Assembly (NCBI GenBank): GCA_964016885.1
Contig: CAXHJY010001679.1
Location: forward strand, 1-56,284
DNA: 56,284 nt
Direction: 5' to 3'
DNA from: Eledone cirrhosa
Lineage: Eukaryota
Every line of letters begins with the position of its first letter. Positions within the stretch are counted from its first letter, which is position 1. Under the pieces are notes generated by a model. The model did no database searches. It saw only the letters and a list, made by a program, of their open reading frames with translations, and was not told the origin of the DNA. Shown one piece after another: positions 48,805 to 56,284 of this stretch. The position numbers and the translations under genes were made by a program.

Positions 48805-49152
48805 TAGATAGATTTCTTTATTTGCCACAAGGGCGCACAAGAAAAGGGGACAAAACAAAGACATGCCGGGGATTTTACATACAGTCGTGTAAAAAAAATA
48901 TAAAACAAACAATTACAACAGTCGAAATCCCCAATAGGGGGGAAGCGCCACAAATGGGTTGTTTAATACCCCGTCGATAGAACAACCCTCAACTCCAGGA
49001 GCGTGTTGTGCAAGTGCTCCTTTCTTCCTTTTGCTCTCTTCTTCAACCTACAGGTTTATAAACAGAGAAGGCCCAATCACTCGGGCCATTTTCGCTTCAT
49101 TCACCCACCTTTCAGTAAATTTACTGAAGTGCAGTGCCTCTCTCTCCACTCT
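48805..49152 (-). mobile_element. Probable 3' end of a Tx1-like LINE (ORF2 C-terminus, 3'UTR, AATAAA)
   Basis: Minus strand reads VEREALHFSKFTERWVNEAKMARVIGPSLFINL-stop, then a T-rich UTR ending GGCAAATAAAGAAATCTATCTA. Confidence 0.5.
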
Positions 49153-49325
49153 GATTCACCTTAGATGGCTGGGAGAATTGCTTGTCAGCAGACGACACAC
49201 ATAAGACGCTAACGTTTATAAACAATTGTGTTTCATAAACATGTTTGTTTCTATTTAGTTGACATATCTTGTTTTAACTAATCATAACTTAACGACATTA
49301 AAGGCTTGGCATATTTATTCACACT

Positions 49326-49362
<37 letters not shown>

Positions 49363-49850
49363 GTGCGTGTATGTATGTATATGTGTATATATGTGTGTGT
49401 ATGTATGTATATGTGTATATATGTGTGTGTATGTATGTATATGTGTATATATATATAGTGTGTGTTTGTATGTATATGTGTATATATGTGTGTATGTATG
49501 TATATGTGTATATATATATATATATATGTGTGTATGTATGTATATGTGTATATATATATGTGTGTGTATGTATGTATGTATATGTGTATGTATGTATATG
49601 TGTGTATGTATATATGTGTATATATATATAAATGTATATGTGTGTATGAATGTGTGTTTGTATGTATATGTGTATATATGTGTGTGTATGTATGTATATG
49701 TGTGTATATATGTGTGTGTGTATGTATGTATATGTGTATATATGTGTGTGTGTGTATGTATGTATATGTGTATATATGTGTGTGTGTGTATGTATGTATA
49801 TGTGTATATATATGTGTGTGTGTGTATGTATGTGTGTATATATATATGTA

Positions 49851-50459
49851 TGTCAGGTCACCAGTTGGTGCTACTGGTAACATGTATCCCAGTACAACCT
49901 GTCTCATGGTCGGGTCGTTGGCGACTAAACTGGCAACCCCACCAAGGTTTCTTGGTGAGGAGGGTGACTTTGGACATCCTGCAGGACTAAAAACAAAACC
50001 TGTCAAAGGGCAAAGGAGCTCTTAAGAGTCAATGGCCATCCAAAATCACCGGGAGAGATGACCCCTTAGCCTTTGTCAAGGCAGAATTCTAGGAGAAGGA
50101 AAACTCTGATATAACACCTGCAACCCTGATGGTATCCAATGATGTTGACTTGTTCTTCTTTTTGGTAAATATCATCTTGGTTAAGAGAGTGGGACTGGCT
50201 TTGTGCAGTGCCTTTGCTCACTATAAAAGCTTCACGGCACAGGCATTGCTTTATATCTGGAGATCTCTCTGCACTTGTCGTCACATGGTACCATGGGCCC
50301 AGCACTATGTGTCAATAATTGTCACAAGTGTAGTGTTTGTACCAGAGTTTTCAAGTCGCTGGCTGGAATAAAAAGTCACATTCGTTCAGCGCATCGGTAG
50401 GGGTTCTCCTACATGTATATAAAGTAGTGGCCGTACTCGAAAACGAGTTGGCAGCCACC
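49851..50459 (+). mobile_element. Non-autonomous RTE-like element, copy 2; partial duplicate of its 3' end at ~50540-50627
   Basis: Near-identical to 2417-3024 (a 2-bp CT insertion and a few substitutions). Confidence 0.65.
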
Positions 50460-51035
50460 ATATATATGTGTGTGTGTGTATGTATGTGTGTATATATATA
50501 TGTGTGTGTGTGTATGTGTATACATACACATACATACACACTGGCTGGACTAAAAAGTCACACTCGTTGGGTTCTCCTACATGGATATAATGTAGTGGCC
50601 GTACTCGAAAACGAGTTGGCAGCCACCATATATATATATATATATGTGTGTGTGTATATGTGTATATATATGTGTGTGTGTGTATGTATGTATGTGTATA
50701 TACGTGTGTGTATGTATGTATATGTGTATATATGTGTGTGTGTATGTATATACATTTATGTATGTGCATATATATATATATATGTGTGTATGTATGTATA
50801 CGTATGTGTGTCTATATGTGTGTATGCGTATGTATATTTATATGTGTATGTATGTGTGTATACATGTTTGTGTGTATAATGTGTATGTATGTATGTATGT
50901 ATGTATATATGCATGTGTGTGTATGTATACATATGTTTGTGTGTGTATGTGTATGTATATATATGTGTGTTTGTGTATGTAGACATGTTTGTCTGTGTAT
51001 ATATATATGACTATGTATATACATGCTTGTGTGTG

Positions 51036-51068
<33 letters not shown>

Positions 51069-51129
51069 GTGTATGTATACATGCTTGTGTATATATATAT
51101 GAGTATGTGTATGTATACATGCTTCTTAA

Positions 51130-51242
51130 TCATCATCATCATCATCATTTTACGTCCACTTTTCCCTGCTTGCAAGGGTGGGACAGGATCTGATTCTGGC
51201 TTGATTTCTACAGCTGGATGCCCTTCCTAACACCAACCTCAT
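51130..51242 (-). mobile_element. 3' end of an RTE-related retroposon with a (GAT)n tail; related fragment at ~36518-36570
   Basis: (CAT)n followed by TTTACGTCCACTTTTCC...GGATGCCCTTCCTAACACCAACC; family assignment is from recall. Confidence 0.55.
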
Positions 51243-51690
51243 TTACAGTGAGTGCTGGGTGCTTTTTTGCTGTGGCACCTCCACGGCCACTTTACAGTGA
51301 GTGCTGGGTGCTTTTTTACTGTGGCACCTCCACGGCCACTTTACAGTGAGGGCTGGGTGCTTTTTTGCTGTGGCACCTCCACGGCCACTTTACAGTGAGG
51401 GCTGGGTGCTTTTTTGCTGTGGCACCTCCACGGCCACTTTACAGTGAGGGCTGGGTGCTTTTTTACTGTGGCACCTCCACGGCCACTTTACAGTGAGGGC
51501 TGGGTGCTTTTTTGCTGTGGCACCTCCACGGCCACTTTACAGTGAGGGCTGGGTGCTTTTTTGCTGTGGCACCTCCACGGCCACTTTACAGTGAGGGCTG
51601 GGTGCTTTTTTACTGTGGCACCTCCACGGCCACTTTACAGTGAGGGCTGGGTGCTTTTTTGCTGTGGCACCTCCATGTCCACTTTGCAGT
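51242..51690. repeat. 49-bp GC-rich minisatellite, ~9 copies
   Basis: TTTACAGTGAGGGCTGGGTGCTTTTTTGCTGTGGCACCTCCACGGCCAC; starts at 51242, 51291, 51340 and so on. Confidence 0.96.
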
Positions 51691-51720
51691 GGAATGATAG
51701 GGACCCCAGTCCCTATCATC

Positions 51721-51844
51721 TCATTTCTACAGCTGAGTAAACTGGAGCAATGTGAAATAAAGTGTCTTGCTCAAGGAAACAACACATCACCTGGTCTGAG
51801 GATTGAACTCACAACCTTTCGATTGCACTAAGCCATGTGCCTCT
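51721..51844 (-). mobile_element. SINE family B (CORE-like); a degenerate + strand copy lies at ~51908-52012
   Basis: Reverse complement shares GGTTGTGAGTTCAATCC and CCTTGAGCAAGACACTTTATTTCAC with 34522-34642. Confidence 0.75.
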
Positions 51845-52013
51845 ATTATATATATATATATATATGAGTATGTGTATGTTTACATGCTTGTGTGTATATA
51901 TATGAGTAGAGGTGTTTGTGGCTCAGTGCTTACAGAGTTCAGTTCACAAACATTAATGGTTGATGTTGGTGGTAGGCCGTGTTCTTGAGCAAGACACTTG
52001 TTTCTACCTTGCA

Positions 52014-52031
52014 GACACACACACACACACA

Positions 52032-52065
<34 letters not shown>

Positions 52066-52450
52066 TACACAGACACTCACTCACACACACAGACAGACAC
52101 AAACCAACTCACACACACACATACACTCACACACACAGACACACTCACTCACACAGACACTCACACACACTCACACCAACATAGACACTCACAGATACAC
52201 ACACACTCAGATGCACACACACACAGACGTAGTCACTCACACACACACGCGCACACAAACACACTCACACAAACACACTCACACAGACGCACTCATACAT
52301 TCACTCACACACAGACACAGATACAAACATACAGACACACTCACATAGACACTCACACAGACTCACACACACACAGACACTCATACACACACAGACACAG
52401 ATACAGACACACAAACACACACACACACACACACACACTTACACACACAT
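52014..52450. repeat. Degenerate (CA)n microsatellite
   Basis: Direct reading. Confidence 0.93.
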
Positions 52451-52721
52451 ATGTTAAGCTTGTCATGGAGAAATTACACAAACAACTTAGACTTGTAATT
52501 TTTGTCTTATTTTAGAGTTTTATAGTTGTCACAAGATGAAAAGCAGGGCATTGACTCAACGACCTTCTTTTAACCCCTTTGTTAACATAATTCTAATGAA
52601 AGACTCTATGTCATTGACCCTTTTCAAGGTTTCTAATGAGAGACACAGTCTATGCTAGGTGTGTGCAACACATTCCATTGGCTGGCCACTCTTGAACATT
52701 GCAACAACTATTAGGAGGCCA

Positions 52722-54167
52722 TTAACCCTTTAGCATTTACATTACTCTATATATACTATTGTATTTTCATGGTAAAGGCTTTAACTCACAAAATTATTGC
52801 ACATAATATTGAATCTATGTGATTTTGATATTATTTATTTTGAGAACAATACCTTAACATCAGTATGAGCGACTGGTTAGAGCCGGTTTGAACACAAAGC
52901 GGTGAGAGAATTCTGGTCAGATACAGCCAATTTGAACAGAAAGAGGTGAGAGAATTCTGGCCAGTTACAGCCAATTTGAACAGAAAGAGGTGAGAGAATT
53001 CTGGCCAGTTACATACAGCCAGTTTGAACAGAAAGAGGTGAGAGAATTCTGGCCAGTTACAGCCAGTTTGAACAGAAAGAGGTGAGAGAATTCTGGCCAG
53101 ATACAACCAGTTTGAACAGAAAGAGGTGAGAGAATTCTGGCCAGTTACAGCCAGTTTGAACAGAAAGAGGTGAGAGAATTCTGGCCAGATACAGCCAGTT
53201 TGAACAGAAAGAGGTGAGAGAATTCTGGCCAGTTACAGCCAGTTTGAACAGAAAGAGGTGAGAGAATTCTGGCCAGTTACAGCCAGTTTGAACAGAAAGA
53301 GGTGAGAGAATTCTGGCCAGTTACAGCCAGTTTGAACAGAAAGAGGTGAGAGAATTCTGGCCAGATACAGCCAGTTTGAACAGAAAGAGGTGAGAGAATT
53401 CTGGCCAGTTACAGCCAGTTTGAACAGAAAGAGGTGAGAGAATTCTGGCCAGTTACAGCCAGTTTGAACAGAAAGAGGTGAGAGAATTCTGGCCAGATAC
53501 AGCCAGTTTGAACAGAAAGAGGTGAGAGAATTCTGGCCAGTTACAGCCAGTTTGAACAGAAAGAGATGTGAGAATTCTGGCCAGTTACAGCCAGTTTGAA
53601 CAGATTTCTAACAAAAGACACTGTCCATGTTATTAACCCTTTCATTACCATATTTCTAATGAAAGACACTGTCTATGTCATTAACCCTTTCATTACCATA
53701 TTTTTAATCAAAGACACTACCTATGTCATTAACTCTTTATTTCCTTTACATTCAAATATCGTTTAGGTTAGCTTTGTCAGAAACTATTATTACTATGTCA
53801 GAAACTATTATTAAAACATCTATTGTTTATTGTTTAGTGATGGTTAATTCAAAGATAAAAAATGTAAAACAAATTCCAGTGATTTCGTGTTTGTGAAAGT
53901 AGTTTTACATTTACCCCCCCCCCCCCCTCACTCTGTTGTACACTCCACCCCACTCCACCTCACTCTGTTGTACACTCCACCCTACTTCACCACACTCTGT
54001 TGTACATTTACACACCACCTCACCTCACTCTGTTGTATTGATAAATCATATTATTTATTTTAAGAACAATACCTTAACATCAGTATGAGTGGCCAGTTAA
54101 GGCTGGTTTGAACAGAAAGAGGTGAGAGAATTCTGGCCAGATATGCTGGTTTAATGCTAAAGGGTTA
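52722..54167 (+). mobile_element. piggyBac-like MITE cluster with ends TTAA|CCCTTTAGCATT ... AATGCTAAAGGG|TTAA (probably two partial copies)
   Basis: Perfect 12-bp terminal inverted repeats with TTAA flanks; the internal segment at 52830-52925 recurs at 54050-54145. Confidence 0.65.
52880..53604. repeat. 44-bp minisatellite, ~16 copies
   Basis: ACAGCCAGTTTGAACAGAAAGAGGTGAGAGAATTCTGGCCAGTT repeated. Confidence 0.96.
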
Positions 54168-54351
54168 AGCCTGTTGGAGCCTATCCCCCTCTCTAGGACT
54201 GAATTGAGTAGATTTCTTCAAGGAAAGGATATAGGGTGACAGAAGGAAAGACATATAGAAGAAGATCAACCCAGTATGAGACTGGTATTATATTTGTATG
54301 TATGTATGGAGTCGTAGAAGTGCTGTAGTGACATAGAGCATTTCTTGGGCA

Positions 54352-55592
54352 CTTTCTCTCACCCTTTTTTGTTCAAACCGGCCATAACCAGCCGCTCTTA
54401 CTGATGTTAAGGTATTGTTCTCAAAATACATATCAAAATCTCATAGATTCGATGTTATGTGAGGTAAAGCCTTTACTGTGACAATACAATAGTATATATA
54501 GAGTAATGTAAATGTTATGTGAGATATTATGTGAGGTAAAGCCTTTACTGTGACAATACAATAGTATATATAGAGTAATGTAAATGTTATGTGAGATATT
54601 ATGTGAGGTAAAGCCTTCACTGTGAAAATATAATAGTATATATAGCGTAATGTAAATGTTATGTGAGATATTATGTGAGGTAAAGCCTTCACTGTGAAAA
54701 TACAATAGTATATATAGAGTAATGTAAATGTTATTGAGATATTATGTGAGGTAAAGCCTTCACTGTGAAAATACAATAGTATATATAGAGTAATGTAAAT
54801 GTTATGTGAGATATTATGTGAGGTAAAGCCTTTACTGTGAAAATACACTAGTATATATAGAGTAATGTAAATGTTATGTGAGATATTATGTGAGGTAAAG
54901 CCTTCACTGTGAAAATATAATAGTATATATAGCGTAATGTAAATGTTATGTGAGATATTATGTGAGGTAAAGCCTTCACTGTGAAAATACAATAGTATAT
55001 ATAGAGTAATGTAAATGTTATGTGAGATATTATGTGAGGTAAAGCCTTTACAATGAAAATACACTAGTATATATAGAGTAATGTAAATGTTATGTGAGAT
55101 ATTATGTGAGGTAAAGCCTTTACCATGAAAATATAATAGTATATATAGAGTAATGTAAATGTTATGTGAGATATTATGTGAGGTAAAGCCTTTACCATGA
55201 AAATATAATAGTATATATAGAGTAATGTAAATGTTATGTGAGGTAAAGACTTCACTGTGAAAATACAATAGTATATATAGAGTAATGTAAATGTTATGTG
55301 AGATATTATGTGAGGTAAAGCCTTTACCATGAAAATATAATAGTATATATAGAGTAATGTAAATGTTATGTGAGATATTATGTGAGGTAAAGCCTTTACC
55401 ATGAAAATATAATAGTATATATAGAGTAATGTAAATGTTATGTGAGGTATTATGTGAGGTAAAGACTTCACTGTGAAAATACAATAGTATATATAGAGTA
55501 ATGTGAATGTTATGTGAGATATTATGTGAGGTAAAGCCTTTACTACGAAAATATAATAGTTTATATAGAGTAATGTAATGCTAAAGAGTTAA
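54352..55592 (-). mobile_element. Inverted copy of the same MITE, containing an expanded 72-bp minisatellite
   Basis: 54352-54452 is the reverse complement of ~52805-52910; ends with AATGCTAAAGAGTTAA at 55577-55592. Confidence 0.65.
54455..55578. repeat. 72-bp minisatellite, ~15-16 copies (one 60-bp variant)
   Basis: 24-aa periodicity in ORF 54441-55484; unit TTATGTGAGGTAAAGCCTTTACTGTGAAAATACAATAGTATATATAGAGTAATGTAAATGTTATGTGAGATA. Confidence 0.96.
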
Positions 55593-55679
55593 GCCTATCT
55601 AATTTCTAGATCTGAACACAACTGATTTCTTCCAGAGAAGGATAGAAGGAATGTGAGGAAGAGATATTGAAGAACAATC

Positions 55680-55800
55680 AACCCCAGTACTTAACTGGTA
55701 CTTTTTTATTGACCTTGAAATGATGAAAGGTAAAGTTGACCTTGACAGGCTTTAAGAGCAGAGAGCCGGATAAATACAGCAAAGCATTCTATCTGACAAC
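55680..55800 (-). mobile_element. Old, degenerate SINE family A copy
   Basis: CCCCAGTACTTAACTGGTACTTT...GATGAAAGGTAAAGTTGACC resembles the reverse complement of the family A body. Confidence 0.6.
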
Positions 55801-56284
55801 TCTGTCAATTGTCGCTTTGTTTAATAGAAAATATCTAATAACAGGTTTGTTAATTCAAATGTTTATAGTATCTTTACTAGTGGACAGATTGTTGTGAAAA
55901 TGTGTTGTATTAGAGTAAAGCTTTTAATATTTAATGAGATGTAGTCATTGTTTGCAATGTTGTGAAAATTTCTTAATATCCTGTAATTTAGTAGAAAATA
56001 TTTAATAAATTCAAATGTTTATAGTATTTTCACTGGTGGTCAGATTGTTGTGGAAATTTGTAGTATTAGAGTAAAGACTGTAATTAATAATTTAATGAGA
56101 TGTAGTCATTGTTTCTAAAAATAATGATAAATAGCAAAGCTTGGTAATTAATTTTAAAAATCCTGTAATCATTTATTAGAAAATATCTCCCCCAAAATCC
56201 AGATTAATACAAACTCCCAAGAAATCTCCTATGCAATGTAATCTTGTAGGATACCAGCTAACCCTACAAAGGTGTGAGCTGTAA

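Noticed and set aside
54441-55484. 347-aa repetitive ORF
   Set aside because: Translation of the 72-bp minisatellite, frameshifted within the array

Overview
Extremely AT-rich, microsatellite-dominated eukaryotic (animal) DNA with no recognisable host gene. The SINE families look like octopus/cephalopod repeats, but that assignment is from recall and unverified. The centre holds three tandem ~7.5-kb units (about 11.5-34.4 kb) separated by (CA)n tracts. Each unit contains a decayed Penelope-like retroelement (RT + CxCx5C linker + GIY-YIG remnant, with an inverted pseudo-LTR at its truncated 5' end). A 5'-truncated R4/Dong-type RLE LINE has inserted into a (TAA)n tract inside it, and SINE fragments are also present. 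The most striking signal is about 35 minimal type-I hammerhead ribozyme motifs (CTGANGA-stem II-GAAA-stem III-TH, closed by stem I) from at least six different sequence families. Most have a palindromic stem III, and many lie as back-to-back inverted pairs next to (TA)n tracts. Also present: two copies of a ~610-bp internally deleted RTE-like element with a possible decayed HDV-like ribozyme, a Tx1/L1-type RT fragment, tRNA-derived SINEs (one insertion private to unit 3), a TTAA/CCC piggyBac-like MITE family, and four minisatellites that each expanded from inside a transposon copy. Almost all long ORFs in the track are microsatellite artefacts. Coordinates were read by eye and may be off by a few bases.
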